Counted from the whole stretch's first letter, positions 46,634-59,625 are shown. The stretch: 62,479 bases of DNA, filler included, from Globobulimina sp. (GCA_003354225.1; 23 parts of 23 records of this genome joined end to end with filler, not necessarily neighbours in it), one strand, 5' to 3'. The notes: a model not told the origin generated them from the letters alone. A program made the numbers and translations.

Positions 46634-47776
46634 TCACAAAAACTGTTTATTTTGAACCAATGCGAGCGCAAATCCAACCAATGCACCAACACTTACACAA
46701 CACACCAAAACTACCATCACCAACACACCGACAACAAAAACAAAAACAATAATACCATTGCTACTGCCGGATTTATCAACATCTTGAAATCCATAATTAG
46801 TCTTTTCCAATTCCAACATATTAAACATCTGTTGATGAGCCTCAATTTTGGTTGGTAAAAATGTCTGTTTTAAACCCATCATTTGATGAAATACAGTGTT
46901 GGCGTAGATTTTCTTTGGTGCAAAATGACCCGAAGCATTCGCCCAATAATAAATTTTGCCATCTTTATCCGTTTTAAATTCGCCCGCATATTTTACAAAC
47001 GAAAGATGCATCACAATCATTAATTGTCTTTCCATCTTGCTGAACATTGAGGAATGCCCAACCAATGACATTTCCTTTTTAAATAACATAACACCGTTCT
47101 CTTTCTCTCTGAAATATCGAATTTGCAATGGGTTACGTGCTGTAATTACAAAATTATACAAACTATTTGCTTTCCAAACATGTGCGGCAAAGTCTTTCAT
47201 TGGGATAATATCCCAACTTTGTTCACCTTTTCCTCCAACATTTGTTGGAAGAATAGGCTGTGGGAATTTCCATCCAAAATCTTTGACCATTGGGATATTT
47301 GGTATACTGCCATAATTTGAGTTAATTACATTACGAATAATATCTTCCTCAGCTGGTTCGCCCAATGGTCTGTGAACAATAAATTCCTTAACTTTAATGG
47401 GTACGCGTGTATGTGCTGCCTGGTTTATTAATAACATCATATCATTATTGCTTCTAAACGTTGGCAAATCTTGTTTTCCATCTCGCGATATTTTTACCCA
47501 ACCAAATAAATGTTTACCTTTTATCTTTCCTTGGGCGAAAACAAAGGGTACTGCACCAATTGTTATTTTTTGTTTCGTTTTAACGGCGTCATATTTCTTT
47601 GCACCAGATTGGCGAACATCAAATACAAGTTTCTGTGTTTCTGTCTGCCCATTCATTAAAAATGAAATGTCAACTTTACCTCCTCCTTTTTTTGTTAATT
47701 GAACCCAATTGCCGCTATATACGAATACGATACTGATACTGAAGAAAAATAATAAAAAACGTTTTAATGATTTCAT
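46634..47776 (-). CDS. Type-I surface protein with an HSS...AGE...NxSGH(F/Y)xP domain
   Basis: Signal peptide, then GHSSM...YAGEF...WANASGHFAP and a C-terminal TM helix. Confidence 0.65.
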   Translation of the reverse strand: MKSLKRFLLFFFSISIVFVYSGNWVQLTKKGGGKVDISFLMNGQTETQKLVFDVRQSGAKKYDAVKTKQKITIGAVPFVFAQGKIKGKHLFGWVKISRDGKQDLPTFRSNNDMMLLINQAAHTRVPIKVKEFIVHRPLGEPAEEDIIRNVINSNYGSIPNIPMVKDFGWKFPQPILPTNVGGKGEQSWDIIPMKDFAAHVWKANSLYNFVITARNPLQIRYFREKENGVMLFKKEMSLVGHSSMFSKMERQLMIVMHLSFVKYAGEFKTDKDGKIYYWANASGHFAPKKIYANTVFHQMMGLKQTFLPTKIEAHQQMFNMLELEKTNYGFQDVDKSGSSNGIIVFVFVVGVLVMVVLVCCVSVGALVGFALALVQNKQFL

Positions 47777-47922
47777 TGTGTGATGCTATTGATTATTGGA
47801 TTTATAATTTTATATATTAAATGTAACAAAAACAGTTGAAAGTTGATCACGAGGTAACAAATGGTCAGTGACTAAGAAGTTTTTAGGTCTCGTTCATAAC
47901 AAACATCATCAAAACGGTAGCA

Positions 47923-48588
47923 ATGAGTATAAAATCTAACGAAGCAGCATTAATTGTTTGCGGTCCCTCAGGAGTGGGTAAAGGCACTTTATTAGAGATG
48001 ATACAGACATTATATCCCGACAAATTTGGTTTCGCAGTATCTCACACAACCAGGAAAATTAGAAAAAACGAAATTGACGGAGTTCATTATCATTTCGTAG
48101 AAATTGAAGATTTTGAAAAAGGAATAGAAAATGGAGGATTTATTGAAGAAAGAGAAATATTTAAAAATAAATTTTACGGAACTTCATTTGAAGCATTTGA
48201 AAAGGTGTCGGGTGTGAATAAAATTTGTATTTTAGAAATCGATATTGTCGCTGCACAGAAAATCAAAGCAATGGATAAAATTAATGCTAATTACCTATTT
48301 GTAACATGTGATGGAGGAATAGAAACATTGAACGAGAGATTGATTTCCAGAAATAATAATTATAAAAAAGCAGAATTAAATGAAAGATTACAAAGAGGAA
48401 AAGAAGAATTAATTTTTTTGAAAGAAAATCAAGAGTTTTTTGATTATGTTTTATCAAATGATAATATCGAACAAACAAAAGAAGAATTTATTCAAGTTCT
48501 TCATGAATGGTATCCTTCGAAAATTACAATAAATAATGTACAAAGTTTTGTTAATTTCGTTTTCAGATCAAATCTGATAAAAAATTAA
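47923..48588 (+). CDS. GUK1: Guanylate kinase
   Basis: GPSGVGKG P-loop, VSHTTR, DGVHYHFV, YGT, ILEID, RLISR, FDYVLSND. Confidence 0.92.
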   Translation: MSIKSNEAALIVCGPSGVGKGTLLEMIQTLYPDKFGFAVSHTTRKIRKNEIDGVHYHFVEIEDFEKGIENGGFIEEREIFKNKFYGTSFEAFEKVSGVNKICILEIDIVAAQKIKAMDKINANYLFVTCDGGIETLNERLISRNNNYKKAELNERLQRGKEELIFLKENQEFFDYVLSNDNIEQTKEEFIQVLHEWYPSKITINNVQSFVNFVFRSNLIKN

Positions 48589-48982
48589 TAAATGTATACA
48601 TAGAAAGTGCTGTTCGTACGAATTCTGTTCAAAAATATCAACGAGCTATTCCTTTATTTCTTTTTTTGTTATTCCTTTATTTTATTGCTTTTTAAATTTT
48701 GTTTTCTTTACAAAAATCAAAGCAAATTTCGTTTTGTTCAAAATATTAATTATTAATTCATTCTTTTCTTAATTCTCCGTATTCATTCATATTGTTTATT
48801 ATATTTTATTCGAAAAAACGTTACCTTCTGAAATGAAACTCCGTTTATAATATAACAAAAATATAACTTCAATGTAAAATGANNNNNNNNNNNNNNNNNN
48901 NNNNNNNNNNNNNNNNNNNNNNNNNNTTAATTAATTAANNNNNNNNNNNNNNNNNNNNNNNNNNNNNNNNNNNNNNNNNNNN

Positions 48983-51478
48983 CATTTTCCGATAACCACT
49001 CTTCCCATAACACGGACTGTGAGACGCCGTCGTGAGCTATGAACAATAAACAAACCTCCACATCCAACGAAACTGCGCAAAGAGGATATAATGAATGCGA
49101 CGAACGGTTCGAAACCGCGCATTTCCCGCATAAATAATAACTGTTTGCGCCATGACAACGGTTATTACAAAAAAACACAAATTCATACATTAATATTTGC
49201 ACTCTGCATACCGCACAATTTACATATTTGACACTCAATGCATTCCAATATAATTCTTCATCATCATTGGCTCTGCGCGACATATAAAAATCCAATGCAT
49301 TTTCATTCCCAATCTCTTTATTTTCGACATTTTGCTGTCCATTGGGCCGAGCTGGTACTTGTGACAAATTATTGTGATCATAGGCGGGCAGATCGTGATG
49401 GATCCAGTCAGCCAATAAACGGCAATGCAAATTGCAGCCACAGTCACATGGCAATGTCAGCCATTTCGACTGTACAATACATCCAATGCACAGCACAAAG
49501 GGTTGGATTTGCAGGAAATGAGTCTTTACCAAACGGCAGCATTTATCACTTTGCACGTTGCAATAATACACACTTTCATTCTTATCGCAAAACTTACACA
49601 AACACCACCCACATCGATACGTGTTCGCTTTCTTTATATTCCTTTTATTCTTATTCTTATTCTGGTTCTTATTCACTTTGCCTTTCTCACCAAATACTGC
49701 TCGGACATTATGTACCTTTCCCAGTACCAATGGCCTTCCACACAGACACAAAATCTTTGGTTTATATCTGATGATATTCTGCAACATACACTTCCTGCAA
49801 TAATCCCATCCGTCCGCCGTATCTTTGCACCGCGCCCCATTCATACATCGGAACACCATCTCATTGGGCGCTATCAGCTCAGTACAGCCATCCTCATAAT
49901 TGTTGCAGTATAACCCTTGGAAATCGCCATCATATTTGGTCTCACCCTTTGCGTTCAAACACAACTGTTCGACCATCGGATTGCCGCACAAACAATACAT
50001 ATACGATGGATGTCGGTCATTGTGTTGGTGGCAAAGCCAAGCGGATAAGTCGCGAATTAATGGTCGCAGCGCATATTCCTCACTGTATTCGTCCCCATAA
50101 AAGTCAATATTTCCAGTGTCCCATTTATTTTCTACGAGTTCTATCTCACTCTCTTTCCTATGGATGTTGGTCTGGCTGTTGTTACGCCATATTTTCTCTT
50201 GTTTTTTGATATTTGATTCCACAAAGCTTGGTATGGTGGTATTGCCCGTCGGGATATTCATGAAAGTGCACCATCGCAGCCATATTTGTTGTGGGTGGCT
50301 AACGCAGTAAATATGGAAAGCTTGGCCGCAGGCTTTGACACGGAATTTATTGTCAATTTCTTGTCTCGCGTTTCCAGTTTCTTTTTCACGCCGTTTCATA
50401 CGTTCAATGGGTAGGATATGCGCTGCGTTCTCGTCATTTTCATGGATGTCATCGGTGCATATTAATAAATGGTCGCAATCGGACGAGTTTAGGCATGATA
50501 CACAATAAAATTTATGTGTGTCGGTGTCGCATGGTTTGATGCCGTTTTTCTGTGCTAATTCAAAGGGAGTGGTTCCACTCCGATATCTGAGGCAATTCTA
50601 CGATGAAAAAAACACAAATAAATATCATTGCAAAAGGGGGTGAAACAAAAATAAAAATAATATGATACCTCGATATTTATCGGTTTCATTCTCGGCAAGA
50701 AACCTTTTAAAATTAACGCACCTTTTCCTGGTTTACATTTTTTTTGAAAGAATACATTTTGACCATAATTTTGCAATAACTCAAGTTGTGGCGGACTGAT
50801 ATCGGTGCTGTTATTTATATTTTTTTTATGTAATTTTTTCAATTTTTTAGCAATTTTCTTGTTCCAGGAATGGATGGTTTTGTCGTATTTTTTCAGGAAA
50901 TAATCCTGTGGATTGACGATATTCTGCCACCAATTCACATTGCGATTGGTGGATAAAATTAAGATGAATGCCTCGCGATGCAAGGGATGATTGCAAGGCT
51001 TTACGTGCCAGTCTTCAAATTGCGGCCAGGCTGCCTCTGCATTGATGTTATAGCCCGAATCGTGTGTGATAATAACGACCCATTTGTTCGCTTTCAATTG
51101 CAAGGTTTTGAGGAATATTTGCAAGCGAATACCGCCGTAAATATCTGCCCAAGTGTCGAAGCATATGGATTGCTCCATGTCGCCAGAGGTCCCATCCATT
51201 ACTACAATTCTATGGCCTCTCCGCGACCGCATATCGAAGCTTTTCAAGCCTTTGGTGAGCGTCTTGTTGTTAGTCAGTTTGATGTAAGATTTGTAAGGAT
51301 GCGAATCCATCCATCCCCACGAACGAATATCAAATTCAATAAATGTGTTCTCTTCGTTTTCACATAATTTTCGTTTTTTTCGTGTTTGTTCGTGGTCTGT
51401 GATGTTGGCGGCAGTGTCTGGCCACGGACTCTTTCTCTTTCTCGAAGAAGAAGACATGCTACGTCGATGTTGATGCAT
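48983..51478 (-). CDS. ILEI/PANDER-like domain + PHD-like finger + Cys-rich (ZZ-like) repeats; 3'-partial
   Basis: RRGHRIVVMDGTSG...FDTWAD...LQIFL...VVIITHD (ILEI pattern). Phase-0 intron 50668-50598 leads into CVSC...LLIC...CGQAFHIYC, then three C-x-CG repeats. Confidence 0.65.
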
Positions 51479-51702
51479 CTAAGCACTTAGTCAAAGTAAA
51501 GTTTAGTTTGTAATAAATGCCATGAATATACACAGTGCCCTCAATAATTGTTATTTGGAATTTATGGTATACACAAAAGGCAATATTCAATATTTTAATA
51601 ACNNNNNNNNNNNNNNNNNNNNNNNNNNNNNNNNNNNNNNNNNNNNTTAATTAATTAANNNNNNNNNNNNNNNNNNNNNNNNNNNNNNNNNNNNNNNNNN
51701 NN

Positions 51703-54051
51703 TAGTTTGTTGAGTTGGAATAGTTGTTGGATTGAATGTGACTGGCGTTGGAGCAGTGGTTGGATTCAAAGTTTGTGCACTTGGGCTAATCGTTGGATTC
51801 GATGTAAGCGCAGTTGGATAATAGGTGGGATTCAAGGTTGTTGCAGTTGGACCAAGTGTTGGTTGTGTCGGACTGGATGTGGTTGGACTGATTGTTGGCA
51901 ATGTTGGAATAAAGGTCGTTGGTTCCATTGTTGGAGATGATGTTTCGTTAAATTGAGAACAGGCATCATTTCCACCACAGTCACAATCAATTTTAATATT
52001 ATTCACCATGGAATCACATAATTTCATATTATCACACGAATCATCACCACAACATCGTAAATTTAATGCACTTTCTGCTGCACAAATATCCATCGAGCCA
52101 CATGATCTTAGACTCGCACAATCAATTTCTATATATGATGAGCTGTCATTTGAATTTGATGCGATATTCATTTCAGCACAAGATGATGGATTCGGACATA
52201 ATACAAACATATCAGCCACATTAGTAATATTATAGACGGCTTTATTGCAACCACTTTGAAGTCCGCAATTTATATCAGCCGTTTCAACATTTTTAATATA
52301 AAATGTAACAGCATGACAGCCCCATCCACCATCACAATTTACACTTAAACTCTTGTTATAACTCATATTCATATCGTTTGAACCAATCATGCCAATATTA
52401 TCAATATAAAATTCCATATAATGGCACGAGAATCCCGTTGTACTGAGACCACATTGAATATCGATGCTATTTGCATTATTAATAGTAACTCTGCTTAATA
52501 TGCAGGGATATGAACCATCTCCACATTGCAATACAAATACATCATTTATGTCACTGGCTGTTATGTCCATACCACGACAAGAATATTCATAATTTGCTGT
52601 GGGCGCTCCCGGACATAATATTTTACATTTATCCGTATCACTGCAATGAATGAATGAATACCAGCATGAACCATCAGCACAATCAATAACACACGATTTA
52701 TTATGTGTGCAGCTCACATTTATATAGGAGCCAAAACCAACATAATACTCAACACTTTGATTACTGACTACAGCTGATGCCAATGGAAAATCTGCGGCTA
52801 ATAAAGTATTCCGTGCTTGACATCCACCAAAAGCATCAATGCAAAACAATTTAAATGCATTAAGATTATTTTGTGGTCTTTGTGATACAGAAATATCATT
52901 ACATGTACCATCTGTTTAGATTTATGATATTTATCACAATTTTTGAGCACAAAAGAATTCGTTTTTGCAGAAACGTACGTTTTTGCAGAAACGTACGTTT
53001 CTCAAAAAGATTTGCTTGCGACCCCGATAGAAACGCCATGTGCTTAAAAATTCTGATAAATATCTGCCAGAACAAAATAATAAATGTGTACCTGAACAAA
53101 ATAATGTAATATCACTATTTATTGAATTATTAAATATTAAATTATCACATCCATATAAACTGCCTGATTTACAAACCATTGTTAACTTTGATGTATTTGT
53201 AAATGTATGCACTGTCATCCCATCGCAGGCATAGGAATGTCTACAATTAATTGTTGCATTTGCCGATTCTGTATAAACCGTGGAAGATTGACAACTTTTA
53301 AGACCCTCACAATTTATAATGCATTTTTCAACATTATTGCAATAAAAAAAGTTATTTCGACATGATTCGTCATGGATACAATTGTATTCACACAATACAT
53401 TATTTGTACAGTTCATAATAACATCGATAAAATCCATATTAACAGTGGACGACCAAAGCTCTTCACCATCAACGCTGACATTATTGGCGGCAATATTCGG
53501 AGGTTGGTGAGCAAGGCCAGTGCACGAATCAAGACCGAAACAGGTCGCTGTCAATATATTTGGATATTGAATGGTATTAATTTTACATGAACTCTCACCA
53601 AAACAATTCCAATTGTCATAATTAGATAAACTCATTGAAATATCAATAGAACGGCAGGAATATCGGTTATTACATTCAAATAATATTCTATTTGCAGAAA
53701 TATTTAACTTTTGCATTTGATAACAACCCAAATATGAGTTGCAGGTTAAAGTAAAATTATCACTCACTATAAAGGATGATGCCAATGTTGCCATACTATT
53801 AACCGCCCGGCACGCATAATTTTCATCAGCACAAAACCAGTTAAATGTTGGTGAATCGACATATGCAATTCCTAAACTCCTGCATGCGTTGGAAAATGTA
53901 CATGATAATGATGTTAAAACTGCATTGGAATACAATTCCCCCCATCCACAGGCATAATATTCATTACATGATATCATACATTGCTTTGAAAAACCGCATC
54001 TTATCTTTGAATTACGACATGAATAACGATGATGACATTCAATATGACATA
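51703..54051 (-). CDS. Secreted Cys-rich repeat protein with a PT-repeat stalk; spliced, 3'-partial
   Basis: Signal-like N-terminus near 54051, many C-x-G-x-x-S-C repeats and NPT/SPT repeats at the contig end. Confidence 0.75.
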
Positions 54052-54502
54052 ATTCTGTTGAATTACAAATTACTTCCCCATACGCACTAATGTTTATATA
54101 TCATATTATTAAATTGTATTTTTATGGACACATTTATATATATTACTAGTACTCAACAAGTCATTGTCAGCTAATGAAAGAAAATAATCGCCAGTTGCGT
54201 TGGAAATTGTAGCTGGATATATTGTTTGACTGTGGACCGTGTGTACCAAACTTATTGTAACTAACAAGAGTGCCATCTTCATTGTGCCCCAAAACCTTTA
54301 CTTAAGTGTTCTAGTCATCAATNNNNNNNNNNNNNNNNNNNNNNNNNNNNNNNNNNNNNNNNNNNNTTAATTAATTAANNNNNNNNNNNNNNNNNNNNNN
54401 NNNNNNNNNNNNNNNNNNNNNNAAAGTTGTGAAGTATCTTTACTGTTTTGACCATTGCTGCCCGATACAATTTACGCGTTTTTATTCTAATTTTGACAAA
54501 AA

Positions 54503-55039
54503 ATGGCAATTTCAATGGCACAATTATTGATGGGATTAATTAGTTTTGTTGGTTGTATTACCTGTGTCTCGTTAATACGAACAATAATTGGCATATCTGC
54601 AGCGATAACAGCAATGGGAGTGGCACAAGAAACAGATACGGCGTGTATGGATGGAAATGATTCGGCCAAAATTGAGACAACAGCTTTATTTGTTATATTG
54701 TGCGTTCATTTAAGCGTAAATTTTTTGTTTGGTCGGGTAAGTCCCGGTAATTTAAACTATGCAATGACCGCTGACCTATGTGATTGGATTGGCATTTTAA
54801 TGGAATATATAATTGCTATTCACCTTTTAGGATATTTTAAGAATTTAAGTAAATGCATAACATCAACGGATGGAGTAAATGTGTCATTATATGTATATAA
54901 TCCAAATATTGTGTGGGATTTATTAGTTACATGGATTACATTTGATAGCATATTATTTTTATTTCGAATCTTGGTCACATATATTTTGTATAGAAAAATG
55001 AAATCAAGAGGACACCAAACAAAATATATAATTTCATAA
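54503..55039 (+). CDS. Hypothetical 4-TM membrane protein
   Basis: 178-aa ORF with four hydrophobic segments. Confidence 0.5.
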   Translation: MAISMAQLLMGLISFVGCITCVSLIRTIIGISAAITAMGVAQETDTACMDGNDSAKIETTALFVILCVHLSVNFLFGRVSPGNLNYAMTADLCDWIGILMEYIIAIHLLGYFKNLSKCITSTDGVNVSLYVYNPNIVWDLLVTWITFDSILFLFRILVTYILYRKMKSRGHQTKYIIS

Positions 55040-55210
55040 TTATCATTGTTGCTTTCCAAACATTTGTGTTTTATTTACGCTTTTTTTGGAGTGTAATTCA
55101 CATTGTAAAACAATATTATTTGTAAGTGTTGAAATGGTTAAATCTTTTTATCCACAATTGATATTGAAGTGTAGTGAAAAGTTTGTAGTACAAATTACAC
55201 TCTGTGCATC

Positions 55211-56331
55211 ATGGCAGAAGCAGTTGAGAAGGTAAATGAACACTTATCGAGAACCTTGCGAATTGACCAACTAAGTCGAAACGTAACTGATGGTCATTTA
55301 CAAGATGTATTTTCAACGTATGGTGAGTTAGAAAAGGTCTCTGTTAAAATAGATTCAAAAGTTAAATTATCATTAGGATGGGCATTGGTGCAATTTAAAC
55401 AAAGAAATGATGCGGAAAAGGCCTACATCAATATGAACAACGGACAAATTGATGGAAAACAAATCTCCATAAAATTTAAACAATTAAATTTTGATAAAAG
55501 TACATCTCATATTACACATTCAAAATCACAATCACACTCCCACTCACATTCCCATTCACAATCTCCAACCAAAGCTACCAAACCACCAACAACTCACAAT
55601 GCCGATCATCATAATAAGTATGTACCGCTATCATTAGCTTTTCTTTTTATCCTTGCGCACAACACTCACAATTACAAATTTCAAATGACAGAGACCATGA
55701 TCGGGATAGCGAGCGATTACGACATCATAAGGAAAAAACTCATGGCAGTAAAGATGGGATGAAACCACCAGCCATAAGCCGCGTAGCCACAGATGTGTAT
55801 GGTGAGCCTGATAAAGATAATGATGTTGTTATGGTTGAAAAGGACAAGGATAATAAAGCACGGCATGATTCATCACGGTCAAGTTCCATGGAATCAAATA
55901 AAGCAAAGAGAACTGAGCATGGACATGATAAGAATCACAGTCATAAATCAAGAAGTGATCGAGATAAGGATAAGGATAATGAGAGGGAGAGAAGGGACAA
56001 GGATAGGAAATACAGGGCGGAAAGGGATGGAAGGAGTGGAGGGAGGGATCGGGACAGGAACAGAGAGCGGAAAAGAAGCCGTGAACGCAGTGAAAGTGAG
56101 AGCAGGTCGCCGAGAAGGAATAGAGATAGGGATAGAAGAAGAGACCGAGACAGAGATAGAAGAAATGTGAGGGATAAGGATAGGAATAGAGACAGGAAGA
56201 GATATAGAAATAGGAAAAAGAGAATAAGCGTATCAGTAAGTGATGACAGTTCAAGTGGTTCAGATTCAGATAAAAGTTCAGATTCCGATAAAAGTTCATC
56301 TGATAAAAGTTATTCAAGCAGTAGTGATTAA
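55211..56331 (+). CDS. RNPS1: RNPS1/SR45-like RRM plus RS/RD-domain splicing factor
   Basis: LRIDQLSRNVTDGHLQDVF...AEKAYINMNNGQIDG. Intron 55618-55691 joins the RD/RS-rich ORF in frame. Confidence 0.85.
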
Positions 56332-56493
56332 TTTATTTAATTTAAACATCCTTGTTATTGTAATTAATTTTCATTTTATCAATACGTACACATGATACAA
56401 TAATTCAATTTAAATACATTGTAATTCAATAAATCTACCGCACGTTCTACTCGCTCATTTATTAAGTATTAAAGTGAAAACGTTCACCAAAAC

Positions 56494-57041
56494 ATGGCTT
56501 TGTTTTCAAGAGTACAATCTGAAGCTGAATCTAATAGATGCTGTGAATGTGATCAATTAACTCTAGATTCAACATTTGCAGATAACGTACCACATGGAAA
56601 GGATAAACAAATCTTGAAGCGATCATTCAAAGAATTCAAGAAACGATTAATAGCATGTAATGGTGATTGTGGCTCAGAATTATCAAAGATTATGGATTAT
56701 TGTGTCAATCAGGTGCATGGAAACAACGTTAACTTATCTTCTTTGCGTTGTTCTCGCGTGTCAGTTATAAAAACATTGTTGTTTGTGTTGTTCAGAATAT
56801 TTGTGATATAAATGGAGCAATCGAGAATGCATTTTGGTGTTTTGGAGCTCCATTGAGACAGCTATTGATTCAGTTGATATTTCAGCAAAATGTGTTTAAA
56901 GAAACACCATTTTATAATGAAATGTATGAAAAATTAATAAATACAAATTATTTCATTGATAATGGTAAATCTGTTCAAAAAATGATATCATTATTCACAT
57001 TGTTGTCAATCGAACATATTGCCATATTACAAAATATTGCC
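56494..57041 (+). CDS. Hypothetical protein; spliced, 3'-partial
   Basis: Two overlapping-frame ORFs compatible with a short intron; no recognised domain. Confidence 0.35.
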
Positions 57042-57438
57042 NNNNNNNNNNNNNNNNNNNNNNNNNNNNNNNNNNNNNNNNNNNNTTAATTAATTAANNN
57101 NNNNNNNNNNNNNNNNNNNNNNNNNNNNNNNNNNNNNNNNNAAAACCGACGAGCTAAATACGACATGATGTACTTCAAGCTGTTAAGTTGAAAACTTCTT
57201 TGTTTGAAAAATAATGCGTATTAATGTCTCACAAACGCAGAAAGCGATCATTGAGTGAATTGATATCAGATACAAAAATTATCAGTATCTGCATTCTCCG
57301 CTGCAACATTCACATCATCAGTTACCACTAGCCAGTAATTCGCAGTTATTGCCATATTTACTATTTATATCACCGCATTCATCCAATATTCCATCATGAG
57401 TTGTTTGCTGACCAAAATAAGTGACTCGACAACTGAAG

Positions 57439-58638
57439 ATGCGCTCACTGTCTTTGTTTCTAATCACAATCGCATTGTTATGCACATTGACTGATTGTTC
57501 GCCATCCAAATATCCAGTTTACAAATCGCAGACAGGCTCTCATTACGAAAATGGATTTTCCATTGGATCTCAAGCTAAAGATAGAATTCAAGGATTTATA
57601 GCCACATATCCCACTTTAAGCAATCTTCGACATTGTTTATTGACAGAATGTTCGGCTGATTTCCGCGATTTAGTTGCATATAACAGAGCGATTTGGCCAC
57701 AGTATTTTGACGAATTGCGAGGTTATGCGGACGGAGCACAAATTGAAGAAATGGATGTATTGCTCTTGACATTTAAATATGAGGTCTCTGCCATGATGGA
57801 TGCGATATTGCCGCCTCACGACTTATTGCAATGCAGTGACGTATTACTAAATAAAATAACAAATGCTGCGACATTCCAAGGTATCGGCCATAATGAAGAT
57901 GGATGGAATGGTACTTTAAATTATGCGTTTTTTGGAGAATATTCCATCTCAGATCCAGTGTATAACGAAGAAGCAAACCAATTCTTTGTGTTCCAATATC
58001 CAGCTTCTATCTCAGGCCATGCTTTCGGTGTAAATAAATATGGAGTCACTGTCTCAATGAACGCGTTGCAGCCAACGGGACCAAATGCGGTGACTACCCA
58101 AGCTCGAGCAACGTATTTGTTATCCAGAGCAACATTGGATGCTCACAGTTTGGATGAAGCAGTTGGGATCATACAGAATTATGACAATGCCGCCATTGCT
58201 TATGGAGCTTCGTTAAATATTGGATACAGAGCAGAAAACGGACAGATTACGATGGCAAATGTTGAAATCAGCAAAAATGAAGTTTCTGTGCAATATTATG
58301 GTTTGGAGCAAGAGGAATCATACGGTTATCATTTTAATATGTATTTAAGAGAGAGTGTGTCGCAAAAAGTGGACGAATCGTCGGTTCATCGCTTACAACG
58401 GACTCAAACTTTGGTTGCTGAGAATGCGCTAAATACTGTGCGCGATGTGGAGAATATATTGGGTGACACACAAGATTCCAGCTATCCAATCTATAGAACT
58501 AGTCAAAGTCCGGATGGTTCGTATACCGTCGCAACCGCCATATTTGATGTAGGCAGACAAGTGTTGCATGTTTATGAGGATTGTAATCCGAAAATTTGCG
58601 AACAAGCATTCGTTTTTCCGTTTGACTCCTTTGAATGA
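57439..58638 (+). CDS. Secreted peptidase C45 (Ntn-hydrolase, AAT/Tan-like)
   Basis: Signal peptide, YENGFSIG, PQYFDELRGYADGA, catalytic CSD, GHNED, FGVNKYG and PIYR...TVATAIFD. Confidence 0.88.
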   Translation: MRSLSLFLITIALLCTLTDCSPSKYPVYKSQTGSHYENGFSIGSQAKDRIQGFIATYPTLSNLRHCLLTECSADFRDLVAYNRAIWPQYFDELRGYADGAQIEEMDVLLLTFKYEVSAMMDAILPPHDLLQCSDVLLNKITNAATFQGIGHNEDGWNGTLNYAFFGEYSISDPVYNEEANQFFVFQYPASISGHAFGVNKYGVTVSMNALQPTGPNAVTTQARATYLLSRATLDAHSLDEAVGIIQNYDNAAIAYGASLNIGYRAENGQITMANVEISKNEVSVQYYGLEQEESYGYHFNMYLRESVSQKVDESSVHRLQRTQTLVAENALNTVRDVENILGDTQDSSYPIYRTSQSPDGSYTVATAIFDVGRQVLHVYEDCNPKICEQAFVFPFDSFE

Positions 58639-58784
58639 ATGAAATGTGCACTGTATAGGTTTTTGCATTTGAAGGGAGAAGTTTTTGCTTAAAAAATTAC
58701 ACAAACATTTTACAAATACGAACAATATAAACGATGAGTTTTTTAATAATAATTAATTTAAGTGCAAGGATATAATAATTAATT

Positions 58785-59516
58785 CTATCCAATTTCATTA
58801 AAATCAGATAAAAAAATCTCTCCATACCAACTAAAAAACATTCTAACAACCAAATAATATGTTTTTTCCAACTGTAAATTCCTAAAAGCAATTCCTTGAT
58901 CACTCCCATTTACTGAATAGCCCATTTCTTGTTTTTCAAAATCAACTCTCATTTCAATCACATCACCGGCACCCCATTTAATTCCATATTCTTCCTGTTT
59001 ACCTAAATTGTATTTCTTACCATTCCATCCATCATATCCATAATTACCTAAATTGTATTTAGTACCATCTGACTTATATCCATAATCTATCTCATACATC
59101 GATGAATCATCATTAACATTCCTGTTTGATTGAATACCAATTAACATTCCTGTTCTCCCCCTTTCCTTGCATGTCAACCTCCATTTATATTTATATTTAT
59201 TTTTGCCGCCTGCCTCAATTCCTATACTTCCAAATGCATTGTAATAACTATAAGCACCACCTTTGTTTGTAACAGTTTTCCCATTGTTTGAGATTGTAAT
59301 ACTTTCATTCGCAATTTCGAATGTGTCAACAATATTTTTATAATAATCGCCATAATAATTATAACAAATCTGATTAATGGATATTGGAATGATTTTCTGT
59401 TTAATTGTTTTTTGAACTTTTCGTATGTAGCCAGAAACAATTAAAACCTCCATCACTTCAGTTAGCTCACAACAAAAACTTATTGCCGGCTTTATCAGTT
59501 GTTCCATCATTAGCAT
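58785..59516 (-). CDS. SPRY/B30.2-like domain protein
   Basis: IVSGYIR...IPISINQIC N-terminus; YKWRL, LIGI and YGIKWGAGDVIEMRVDFEKQEMGYSVNGSDQGIAF. Confidence 0.8.
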   Translation of the reverse strand: MLMMEQLIKPAISFCCELTEVMEVLIVSGYIRKVQKTIKQKIIPISINQICYNYYGDYYKNIVDTFEIANESITISNNGKTVTNKGGAYSYYNAFGSIGIEAGGKNKYKYKWRLTCKERGRTGMLIGIQSNRNVNDDSSMYEIDYGYKSDGTKYNLGNYGYDGWNGKKYNLGKQEEYGIKWGAGDVIEMRVDFEKQEMGYSVNGSDQGIAFRNLQLEKTYYLVVRMFFSWYGEIFLSDFNEIG

Positions 59517-59625
59517 AATAGCTAATATATCCTGTCTGTTTTAATGCAACTGAAGGACACACGTACAAATTATGGCAAAATATGTTAATATTTAATTTGT
59601 CAAATATTAGTCCCATTGATTTAAA

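Noticed and set aside
52961-53001. 19-bp direct repeat TTTTTGCAGAAACGTACGT giving FCRNVR peptide repeats
   Set aside because: A short local duplication in a probable intron of the Cys-rich gene, with no evidence of function.
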